DNA from: Sphaeroforma arctica JP610
Taxonomy: Eukaryota
Length of the DNA: 41,405 nt
Reading direction: 5' to 3'
Assembly (NCBI RefSeq): GCF_001186125.1
Contig: NW_014040485.1
Coordinates: 38,214-79,618, forward strand
Within the stretch, counting starts at the first letter, position 1, and every line of letters begins with the position of its first letter. Made by a program: the position numbers and the translations under genes. The notes under the pieces were generated by a model. The model saw only the letters and a list, made by a program, of their open reading frames with translations, was not told where the DNA came from and searched no databases. Of the stretch, positions 1-10,600 are shown in pieces.

Positions 1-82
1 AGACTCAGTAGGTTTTAGTATCGTATTTTGATGTGTTTACTACAAAGTCACAAGAAGAAAAGATAGCATGTTTCCATCGTCT

Positions 83-693
83 GAAGGAACGGAAGTTAAA
101 ACTTATCCGTCTACAGCATTTATCCCGAGCTTTAATGCTCATCCTTCATATGTGCTTAAGACACTGAAGCGTACGAAACGTCCAGTCGATCACCACAAAC
201 CTACTGGACCTAAGCCCAAAACTCACAGGTTAATCGAGAACGCTTAACTTCTCCGCCTGAGAAACATTAACTATATATTATGCTACTTAATGTCTGTATG
301 CCACTCTTGATCGTTCTGAATTTAAAGACATTGTATGGAGAACGGATAAGGGAGGCTACACATACTGTCGTACACGCTTTATAGACGGTACAATAGCCGA
401 GTTGACTTTAGATGCTTTCGATAATCAAGACTATTTAAAAGCCTTAGATCGAAAATGGCGCAAACGCCTACATAAGTCACAAGAAGGCACGGAAGTTAAA
501 ACTTATCCGCCTACAGCATTTATCCCGAGCTTTAATGCTCATCCTTTATATGTGCTTAAGACACTGAAGCATAATAAACGTCCAGTCGACCACCACAAAC
601 CTACTGGACCTAAGCCCAAAACTCACAGGTTAATCGAGAACGCTTAACTTCTCCACCTGAGAAACATTAACTATATGTTATGCTACTTAATGT
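83..693. repeat. Direct duplication of ~211 bp (83-293 and 483-693, period 400)
   Basis: Near-identical copies from GAAGGMACGGAAGTTAAAACTTATCCG to ATGCTACTTAATGT with few substitutions. Confidence 0.92.
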
Positions 694-1505
694 TTTCGAC
701 CCGTTTTTCCTTTCTCGCTTTTTGACCCATATTCAGCTTGAGTGAGCAACTTGCTTCTCCTGGGTCTCAAAGCTGGGTGAGGGCTATGAAATAGCCGGGC
801 CTCCACATTAGACTATGTGTTATAAACGTACTATTAAGCAGTAGGTATACTAAAAACGTACTCTTAATTGTACAAGGAACTTAAGTTTTCTACGCGGTTT
901 TTAATGGTTTTATTTATTAATACCTTTATCATTTTACATATCAGATATTTGGACAAGGCCATTAAAAGGCCCCAGTAAAATACCAAACATAAAATTTGAT
1001 CTAGTTCTATTAATAGAACTACATTTACTTTCCAACTTTATTTATATCTGAATACTTCGGTAGCGAGATGGATCATCTGTATATAGGTTTCTAGGGACTA
1101 ATAACGTTACCTAGTTGATCCTCCGATCAGCCAACCAGATGTGCCAGTCTGATGAAGGCTAAGTTGGTAATTCTTGATAAGTGGCAAGTTATTGGTTAAG
1201 ACAATAACCAAGGACATCAAGTGTATTTATTTTTTCTAAAGATAGGATTTTATGAGTCTCGATTCGCCCCAATGAAACAAAACACTAAATAAAATCCCCT
1301 CGGCGGAAACAGTACTGAGAGGATTATATATAGGCAACGTCTCAGCCTCACAATCCCTCAGAGTATTGCTGTTTAAGCGAGGCATACCTATCTTTACTAA
1401 ATGTCTCATTTCGTTTATTTACTTTGATATTTTCACGATACTTAGAATTGACCTACGCGTTTATTTACTCTAAGGCGTTAATATCGCCTTAATAGACCGA
1501 ATCTT

Positions 1506-1509
1506 ATAC

Positions 1510-1586
<77 letters not shown>
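1506..1586. repeat. (TA)n microsatellite running into an assembly gap
   Basis: ~40 TA units, then Ns; TA resumes at 2317. Confidence 0.95.
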
Positions 1587-2316
1587 NNNNNNNNNNNNNN
1601 NNNNNNNNNNNNNNNNNNNNNNNNNNNNNNNNNNNNNNNNNNNNNNNNNNNNNNNNNNNNNNNNNNNNNNNNNNNNNNNNNNNNNNNNNNNNNNNNNNNN
1701 NNNNNNNNNNNNNNNNNNNNNNNNNNNNNNNNNNNNNNNNNNNNNNNNNNNNNNNNNNNNNNNNNNNNNNNNNNNNNNNNNNNNNNNNNNNNNNNNNNNN
1801 NNNNNNNNNNNNNNNNNNNNNNNNNNNNNNNNNNNNNNNNNNNNNNNNNNNNNNNNNNNNNNNNNNNNNNNNNNNNNNNNNNNNNNNNNNNNNNNNNNNN
1901 NNNNNNNNNNNNNNNNNNNNNNNNNNNNNNNNNNNNNNNNNNNNNNNNNNNNNNNNNNNNNNNNNNNNNNNNNNNNNNNNNNNNNNNNNNNNNNNNNNNN
2001 NNNNNNNNNNNNNNNNNNNNNNNNNNNNNNNNNNNNNNNNNNNNNNNNNNNNNNNNNNNNNNNNNNNNNNNNNNNNNNNNNNNNNNNNNNNNNNNNNNNN
2101 NNNNNNNNNNNNNNNNNNNNNNNNNNNNNNNNNNNNNNNNNNNNNNNNNNNNNNNNNNNNNNNNNNNNNNNNNNNNNNNNNNNNNNNNNNNNNNNNNNNN
2201 NNNNNNNNNNNNNNNNNNNNNNNNNNNNNNNNNNNNNNNNNNNNNNNNNNNNNNNNNNNNNNNNNNNNNNNNNNNNNNNNNNNNNNNNNNNNNNNNNNNN
2301 NNNNNNNNNNNNNNNA
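1587..2316. other. Assembly gap (Ns)
   Basis: 730 N bases. Confidence 0.99.
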
Positions 2317-2399
2317 TATATATGCGTGTTAAAAACTAAAGCAATGTAAATTATAGGATAATATATTGTGTGCAATATAGCAAGTATAACTGATATATT

Positions 2400-2582
2400 A
2401 CTAGCATACCATGTAAAGAGCATCGCAGTGGCGCTACAAGAACGATTTTAATCTCCCAAACGCAGTCTCTTTGGAATTCAGGTATGGACTAACTAACATA
2501 CCAGTAAAGAGCATCGCAGTGGCGCTACAAGAACGATTTTAATCTCCCAAACGCAGTCCCTTTGGAATTCAGGTATGGACTA
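2400..2582. repeat. Tandem duplication (~92 bp x2) of the transposase 3' end
   Basis: GTAAAGAGCATCGCAGTGGCGCTACAAGAACG...GGAATTCAGGTATGGACTA present twice (about 2400-2491 and 2492-2582). Confidence 0.92.
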
Positions 2583-3491
2583 TATAGCGGGAGGAAAACC
2601 ACTCTCGCTCCCACGGATTCGATAATCTCTACCATATCTGCGCGATGTATAGCAGCGTTATCAAGAATCACAATGCTCAAAGGCAAAGGCCACGGATTGA
2701 GACGAGGCAGAATTTGTTGCCGGAAATGATTGTAGAAAGTCGGAGAGTTGTATGTCCCCATGGTTAGTGCACAGGCAAAAAGTCCAGATATGTCGCTAGC
2801 TGCCAGCACGCTAACACGGTTGCCACGTTCGAATGGACTTTTCACGATTATCTTCTGTCCTTTAGGGCCATAGCCACGATTCCGAAACGTTGAACGAGCA
2901 TCGCGGGATGCCTTGTCGACGAAGACCAATTGATTCATGTTACTGTTAACCTGTTCATTTAAAATAAAAGAGATAGTCAGAGCTCTGAAGAAATTTATTT
3001 AAATATTTATTATATTGATACTTCCCATAGGCATAGATAATAGTTAATATCAAAATAAACCTTATCCACGATAGACAGGTAAATAAATCCAATTGTCCTT
3101 CAAATGAAGCATATCTGGCAGCCTTTTCCATTACCCGCCTCGTATACTTCAGGTCGAACTTCAGTATGCGAAGTATAGTGGTATATGATATCGTATTTCC
3201 TCCATCGGCAAGTTGTACTTGTCTCTGGAGTTCATCGAAATATATTGCTGGATTAGCTTTATACATGGCCTCAACTTGGGCTATTAGTTCTTTGGTACGC
3301 AACAAATCATCTCGACTCTTTCTTTGTTTGGTCACCTTCACAGGACACCCGGTGTTTAGCCATGTTTTAACTATTTTACGTGTTGAATTCTCTGAAACTC
3401 TAAACAATTATCGTATGTCATCGTAGGTAAGATGGTAGTAATACCAAGCGGAAATAACCAGCCAAGCTACATTCTCCGAAATCACCGTTAT
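2400..3491 (-). mobile_element. Degenerate IS630/Tc1-mariner-type DDE transposase (pseudogene)
   Basis: N-terminal HTH-like ISENVAWLVISAWYYYHLTYDDIR*LFRVSENSTRKIVKTWLNTG with in-frame TAA at 3410-3408; second HTH-like NPAIYFDELQ...ISYTTILRILK; DDE core (2525-2938) LVFVDKA...GNRVSVLAA...IVILDNAAIH...FLPLYSPYLNSKG; next to a TA tract. No TIRs identified. Confidence 0.85.
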
Positions 3492-4512
3492 TAAATAACA
3501 CTAGGACTAGGCGAGACGTGTGCGTAGAGTGATGTCTATATTCTCTATTTACTAACATCACAAGTAAAGATAAATATATATATGCTTGAACCAGTTAAAG
3601 ATGAACCACTTTTTTTTAATTTAAAATAGATAGTAAGAGATAAGGATTTTTTTTGTTGATATTATCTATATCCGCCTACAATAAATATCGGGGAGATTGT
3701 TCACTGTCCAGGTTCTTACACCTTTTTTTTTTTGAAATTTAATACTGAGAGCCAATGGAATCAGCTTTAAATGGGATTTCTCTCAAAATATATCATTCTG
3801 AATATAATTACTCGAGTCTTGACTCTTGAGTCTTGAGTCTCGACAGTAAACAGTTCAATGAAAAGCGGATAGAAATTCGTTTTTGTTCTGCAAAATCTAA
3901 AATTTATACATGCCGTCTAAAATTCTAAATTACAATTTGTTTTTTTTGTTTTTTTCTCTTTAAAATAATAAAAAACAAGAAATGAAAAGAACATCCCTAT
4001 TTATATTAAATTTTCTAATAGATTGATAGAAATCTCACCGCTCTTGTGAAAAAAAGCAAATCCCCCCCCCCCCCCCATTTCAAAATGAAAGGTTCTCTTA
4101 ACTATTTTATCTGAATTTTCAATTCGCACACAGTTAAACATTGGTGAAACGGAGTTATCTCGCGACTCAAATCATGAGCAAATTGGATAAAGGCTGTAGT
4201 TTTGCGTCAGCATACTGGATCGTTTTTGCCTCAAATCTATTTTCTAGTGATTACTATCACAAGAGAGTACATATTTAGAGACTACCTCTGGGCTCAGGCT
4301 ACTATGATAACTCAGAGCTCCGACGCATCTGATTATGTACGGACTGGATTCTAGAACGTTTTACGTTTACCCTAGTTTTTTGTATTTTGTGTTTTTTTTA
4401 TATATACCAAAATTATATGTTTCTCGGTTTCCACTTTTGACTTCCCTCGGCACGGATCTTTTTTAGAAAATTGAATACAATTAATATATACATAAAATCA
4501 CATGCTACGTAG

Positions 4513-6429
4513 CACACATTCGTAGTGCTGCAAGCAGTAGATGACAAAGTTTTGAACGAAAGCGTTGCCATAATCGAAGACATGGCACCTCTAGCACGTA
4601 GAGTTGTAAGTTTCCGTGGATTGTTTAGCTTAAACAAGTCGAAGAAAATCGCCGAGTCCGTCGTTAAGGATTTAGGGTGCACATCAAATTTGCCCGCCTC
4701 ATTGAACACTGTTGAAGTCGCCACTGGTCCGAGATTGAAATCGATTTCTGAAGCCCCACTGGTGAATTGCGTAGATAGCAATTCTCAAGTATCATGCGAG
4801 GGTGAGATTGAGAAGTTGACCAGTGCTCTGAAGTCAACTAATCCTTACACCGACAACTTGACTCTAAGCGTAGTATCAGCTTTGGATATACAGGATAAGG
4901 AGGTGGACATTACTGACTGCCTGAGTGATTGCATTGATACTCATAGTGATAGTTCTGGGCTAATATCAGAGGTTGAGATGGCTGAATTCGCGATGCAGAC
5001 AACAGTTTCTAATTGTCGCAATCTAGGTGAGCTACAGACGGGCCAACGAGTTATAAAATGTAACACATTTCCAAATAAGTCAGATGATGTAGAGGACGAG
5101 TGTGCTGAGCCAGAAAATACACTAAAAACATCAGAGCTAAGTCCGCGAGGGTACACGGTTTCTGACATTTCTGATCCAGAACACCATACCTTGAAGTGGA
5201 GTCGACACATAAAGCCTATTGATGGCCAACGTAGAGCTTCAAGTATTCACGGCCGTGTGGCTTCACCGATAGAGCTTTTATCTCCTAGGTCCCGTCGAAC
5301 AACTCTGATGAGTTCGTCGGATATGAATCTGCATTGCATTAAAAGTTGTAATACTAGTGTAAAGGCCGTTGAAAGGAATAAATGGGTAGGGACGGTAGTA
5401 CAACTTCTCCAAGACAGCGAATCTGGCGACGGGTCAAAACGTTCTAGGGTTTCTGACCCTGATAACCAGATAAATATAAAGTCAAAATTAGATAGCGAGC
5501 AAGCACAATACCTTCAGATGGAGATCGCAAGTTTATACACATTGCCTGCAGTGACAAGATCTCTAAGCCCAGCAGCTGGCGTCCCCTATAAAGCTGCGAC
5601 AGTTCGAATTCTGCGCCAGGCAAGTCACAATGCGGTGCTCGATAACCAACCCCGAATATGGAGAGAAAATGAACACCCAGGGATGAAGAAAAGAGCAACG
5701 AGTTTGAGAGTTGCAAAACACCCAATAGGCAGTAATGTTAAAGAATATACCAAGATTCGATCGCAACCCAAACCAGAAAAGCCTAGAGCAACAATTGCTG
5801 GTTTGAAACGGCAAGGTAGTATACCTGCAGCCGACCTATCACTGAATGGGTTTCACCGGGTGCATGAAAAACCTTCCTCGATAGAACACAAAATAGCTGT
5901 AAAACGAGCCGCGAGGCAGACCAAGTTTGCTTTACAAACGACAGGAGAGTTCAATAGTCTGTTGGATATCCGTGGGTCGTCTTTTTCTGGCTGCGATTCA
6001 AGCCGGACTCTTCGTGCGCATTCATACACACCCAGGGAAATGCCAAGTACTGTAAACAAGATGCAAACACCTAGTAATAGGAAGACATACCATGGAGGCA
6101 ATACATATGCCACTCTGAGATCGGTACCTTCCTTGACAGCCGTCACTCCTGAAAAATCGCAATTCCGGAAGAGCCCTGGCGATACAAGGTGGCTACCAGC
6201 GCGAAGGGCTGTTTTCAAACCGAGAGTGCTCCTCAATACAGCCACTACATTGCACACGACGTATGGAGAAGAGTACGACAGGACACCATGTACCGTATCC
6301 ACGCTCACGAGAACCGAATTCCGGGAACTGATGGCATTCAAGGTTAACGAGATGTTGGTGCACTGTAATTCCGAACAAAGTATATCCTTCGCAAGCTTTC
6401 TGTCAGCTCGCCGCCCGCGCAAAAATTGA
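4513..6429 (+). CDS. Hypothetical Ser/Thr/Arg-rich, probably largely disordered protein (~640-650 aa); likely terminal exon with a short upstream exon (candidate 4304-4336)
   Basis: 1.9-kb stop-free frame (ORF 4525-6429) with AT-rich sequence upstream; acidic N-half, basic C-half; candidate ATG 4304, donor GTACGG at 4337 and acceptor TAG at 4512 join in phase 0; no family motif recognised. Confidence 0.7.
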   Translation, partial: HTFVVLQAVDDKVLNESVAIIEDMAPLARRVVSFRGLFSLNKSKKIAESVVKDLGCTSNLPASLNTVEVATGPRLKSISEAPLVNCVDSNSQVSCEGEIEKLTSALKSTNPYTDNLTLSVVSALDIQDKEVDITDCLSDCIDTHSDSSGLISEVEMAEFAMQTTVSNCRNLGELQTGQRVIKCNTFPNKSDDVEDECAEPENTLKTSELSPRGYTVSDISDPEHHTLKWSRHIKPIDGQRRASSIHGRVASPIELLSPRSRRTTLMSSSDMNLHCIKSCNTSVKAVERNKWVGTVVQLLQDSESGDGSKRSRVSDPDNQINIKSKLDSEQAQYLQMEIASLYTLPAVTRSLSPAAGVPYKAATVRILRQASHNAVLDNQPRIWRENEHPGMKKRATSLRVAKHPIGSNVKEYTKIRSQPKPEKPRATIAGLKRQGSIPAADLSLNGFHRVHEKPSSIEHKIAVKRAARQTKFALQTTGEFNSLLDIRGSSFSGCDSSRTLRAHSYTPREMPSTVNKMQTPSNRKTYHGGNTYATLRSVPSLTAVTPEKSQFRKSPGDTRWLPARRAVFKPRVLLNTATTLHTTYGEEYDRTPCTVSTLTRTEFRELMAFKVNEMLVHCNSEQSISFASFLSARRPRKN

Positions 6430-7105
6430 AGGAACTTGTGATAGACAAGCTACACTCTATAGACTGTTTACACTATATCTGTATGCAGTTCAAATCTTTG
6501 CATAGTTACTTGCGGCAGTGTATGTGATCAGACCCCTGTGCACAAACGAACTACTATCATTATAAAAATATCCGAAAGTTCCATATAAATATCTCGTAGC
6601 TGATGTACTTTAATTAGGACCGTCTTCAAAAGAATCTGCAAGGTCGACCTGTGGTTCACAAATATTGTCACCGAAGGTTGTTGTCTATACGCGACATTGG
6701 TGATTTTGTGATAGCAGACTGCGTCCAAATCTGCCGATGTAATAACTCGCATACAATACTAAAATCGATTGTTCAATGGCTATTTTGTGTAGTGCAGCTA
6801 CTCTTATGTGTCACAACCCTAGCGTAGCTTTCAATTGCAGGAAGTATTAGTTGAGATGTTTAATTCAACACAGTTTCTATATTATTGTAAGTGCACAAGA
6901 CTATTTGTATATACGAATGTCGGGATTAGGCCAAAATCAACCGACATAGCGATTGTCAGCACCGTTGAGTTCGGTTTGGCAATATCTACCGGTGTGTAAA
7001 AGTTTTCCATATGTCGAACAGCATCACATCAACAATAACAACATGATATAACAGACTTTATATATCCTTTATTTACATTATATTATTTATATTATAGTTT
7101 AATTA

Positions 7106-7660
7106 TTAACTAGCATACGCGGTTGCTACGGCGTATTCGCCACTGTGACTAATTGACACCTTAATCTTAGTGACTCCAGCCTTCTGCATGACCACCAGAG
7201 CCTCACCGTGAAGCGCAACCTGTGGTGCCTTTGACACTGATGGGAGGATCTCGATATCCTTCAACCCAGCATGTGCCCCCTTCCAGCCCGCAAGTACCTC
7301 TACGTTGTAGTTGCTGATAGCTTTGATCACCGCCTCTTTAGCCGCCCATCTACCCGCAAAGCTTGCGCGCACATCGGGTTGGGCAAGGCAGTACGTGATT
7401 TCGCGCTCGGTGAAGTTGTTCTCGACAAAGACATCGTTGTCGATGTTGATAGTATCGACCTAGGTAAGGGATTAAAACGGGTGATAAGCAAACGCGATAC
7501 GTGCATATAGCCATATAAATACATGGACATGTGACTAACCTCCGAGAATGATCTAGACCAACCCGACCACACACACACACACAACCACGAGCCATTCGCG
7601 TCAATCAGAAATATACGTTAGTACTCACCAGTTCGACATCAACACCCACTCCGCCAGCCT
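7106..7660 (-). other. FAS C-terminal AcpS-type phosphopantetheinyl transferase (PPT) domain
   Basis: [32 protein letters not shown]...[15 protein letters not shown]...[13 protein letters not shown]. Confidence 0.94.
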
Positions 7661-10600
7661 CAGCGTCCTCAATCCGTTGGTGTGCGATGGGGCCAAGTAC
7701 ATTACTCTTCAAAGAGTTCAGCAGTTGGGACTTGAGGTCATCTGCGCCTACGCCTTGATTGAGACTGCCACCCGAGGCCGCCTTGGTCGATAGCTGTGTG
7801 ATGAGGGACAGTGTAGATTTGAGTGACACAGTTCAATCGATGTATGTATGCAAGCGTATCTGCATTGGACAATATGGTAAAGCACTGGTTAAGGTGTCTT
7901 CTTCGACAAGTTAATCTGTGACGTTCGATGCGGTAGGTACACAACCGACTTGCGCAGTGGTTGCATATGTATACATCCCAGTCACCATCAGACCACCACA
8001 CCATACCACCACTCCCATGTACGCTATACTTCCACATGTAGTCACGATACACATACCGTAGGTGACGACTGACTCGATGTCTTGTTGCTGAGCGATCGCT
8101 TCGGGCTGGTGTGTGCACGTGCACCCTTAGCGGTGAACAGCCACGTGTCCGCCACGGGATCGTAGCTTGCACGTGCGAGAGGATTGAGGTACACAGCCTT
8201 CTCGTTGTCCGGTGAGTATGGTGGTGCGTGTTTCACACGGACATATGGCTTGACGCCAGCCATGGCATCCTGGGTGTACTGTGACGCACGGGCCTCTCTG
8301 CTATCTCGAAGAGTCGTGTACGTTGCCAACTGGAATGGTAAGAAAGTGAGGAAGATAGTTCGAATGAGTAGTGATCTTAGTATGTTGCTGAGAAGAAGTG
8401 TAGATGAGAAATATAGAGTGAGAAGAAGTATAAAGTGGTGAACGAATAGGATGCGACCGTTTCTGGTACCAGCCCCGAGCACACAGAAATATACAGTCCC
8501 CCACAAACATCTGACATCGCTCAGACTAACCTCTGTTTCGGATAGCAGACCTAGCACGAACGAGGGGTGGATGACCAACACCTCACCACCCACTTGACCA
8601 AAGCCGAAACTCTTCAGAAGTGCGGCTTTAATGTTGCGACTACCCACGGACACCGAGCGTGACGGGACGTACAGGTGTGAGTACTCTCTCAGCGCAATGT
8701 CCACGTTGTCTGTATATCAGGGGTAGGGTTTAGAATTTTTGGGTTATGAGGGGTAATTGATTGTAAGTAAGTGTACACCACATCCCAAGCATGCCTTAAT
8801 AGGGAGCCACATTTGGGACTACTCAGTGTATGGTTAGAAGTCCCATTAACTTGGAATACCTTAACAAACACACTCACCTGCATTGCGATTGCCGGGGATG
8901 ACGCCATCGGCCATGATCTGAAGCACACCGTTGAGCATCCATGCAGCAGCGGCACCCTTGGGGTGACCTGAAGGGAGGTGACGGGAGATACATTTGCGAT
9001 GAGCACTTCACTTATGAATATATGAATATATAAATATATTATACATGAACGGAGGCATGCTTTAATGGAAAAAAACTTACCTGTCAAGTACTTTTGGAAG
9101 ACACCACACACGGGGTTGCCTTCCGATCGGCCGAGATGGGCCATTTGCGAGTTCACTACATCGGACTCGTTGGTGTCATTCGCCTGTGTCAGTAGAAGTT
9201 GTTCAATAAGAAGTGTGTAAGAACCCAGCAAACACCCTGACTACCATAAATACGACCCAAACCATAGTCGGTTAATTCTTTTGGTACAAAGAGAAATGGA
9301 GGGGCCATTGAAGAAGTGCGTAGGTATCCTTTCAATAGACATACCTTAGTACTGGTGCCGTGGAACGACGCAACAGCGATGTCATCAACCGTCAGACCAT
9401 ACACAGCCAACGCTCCTCGGACCGGCGCGATAGCGGGGTCGTTCTGGTAGAAGTCTGACCCCCAAGTATGTTGTACAGCCTTACGCTGTCTCTCCGCATC
9501 GGCGTAAACTGCCTTCACTCGATCAGATAGGTCAGACTCGTACACACCAGCATCATCCTGTAGTAGCTGATCCAACTCGGCAACCTCATGGTCCACCCAC
9601 GTGTTGATCTGGGCGTTCTGGAACTTCAGTTGGCGGGCACGATAGCTTAGGTCGAGCAGGTGGGATGTGTTCTTGCCTGTATATAGTATGAAGGCGCATG
9701 GCGGAGTGTTCAGGGTTCAGGGTTTGGGTTTAGAGGTATTTCCATTGAAACTGTAACTACAGGAATGACGAGTAGAACCCATCACTCCAATACTTGTATA
9801 TATCTATCACTCTTATTGCTCAGATATAGGCAAACTTACCGTTCTTCTGCACCTCTCGCGCAGAAGTTAGGACACCTTGGCCTGGTGCGGGTACACTTCG
9901 GCCCTCTTTATCGGTGGCTGTGCTGGTGAGTGCGACAATACCGTAAATGGGCAATCCCATTTCTACGGCTAGGGCAGCGGACATCATAATCTGGTTACCG
10001 GCACCCTGATAATTAAATATACAAGATATACACGCTTTTGTGAGAAACGTGATATCCTATCTATGTAAATTTCATCAAACACCGTTAAGTCTTAGTGTTA
10101 GAGTTGCTCTTGAGAGTTACTCTGCACATACCTGCGACTCCATAAAACCACTGCGCGTGGTTGTGGTGGGGCGAGACATTTCAGCGGGAGTGCGCCCTTG
10201 TTTGGCCTCTTCAGTTGAGCTGGAGGTCGCCTTCATACTGGCGAACTCGTATGATCCCATTTCCTGTTATATAAATTGATATGTTGAGGGTGGCCAGATT
10301 TAGTATGCGCGAGTGGCGAGAGCCCTGGACACAATACAACTACCCGGTTTAAAATCCAGAACAATTGTTGCTGTGGCAGCTCACAACCCACCCATAAGAT
10401 GACACTGCGAACGACAAACATTAAACGCTATGCCTACCTGGAAATCATCGTAGCCACCGCAGATGACTACCTTCGCCTTTCCGGACAGAATGGTATCCAC
10501 ACCAATCTCCACACTCTCGACCGCCGTGGCACAGGCACCCACAGGTGTCTTGATAGGTCCACTCGAACTCAGTAGCAACAGGTTGACCCACGCAGGCATG

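Noticed and set aside
402..647. 81-aa ORF as a host gene
   Set aside because: TTG start, two-thirds inside the duplicated block, no recognisable domain
1470..2423. 317-aa ORF
   Set aside because: Artefact of reading through the (TA)n tract and the N gap
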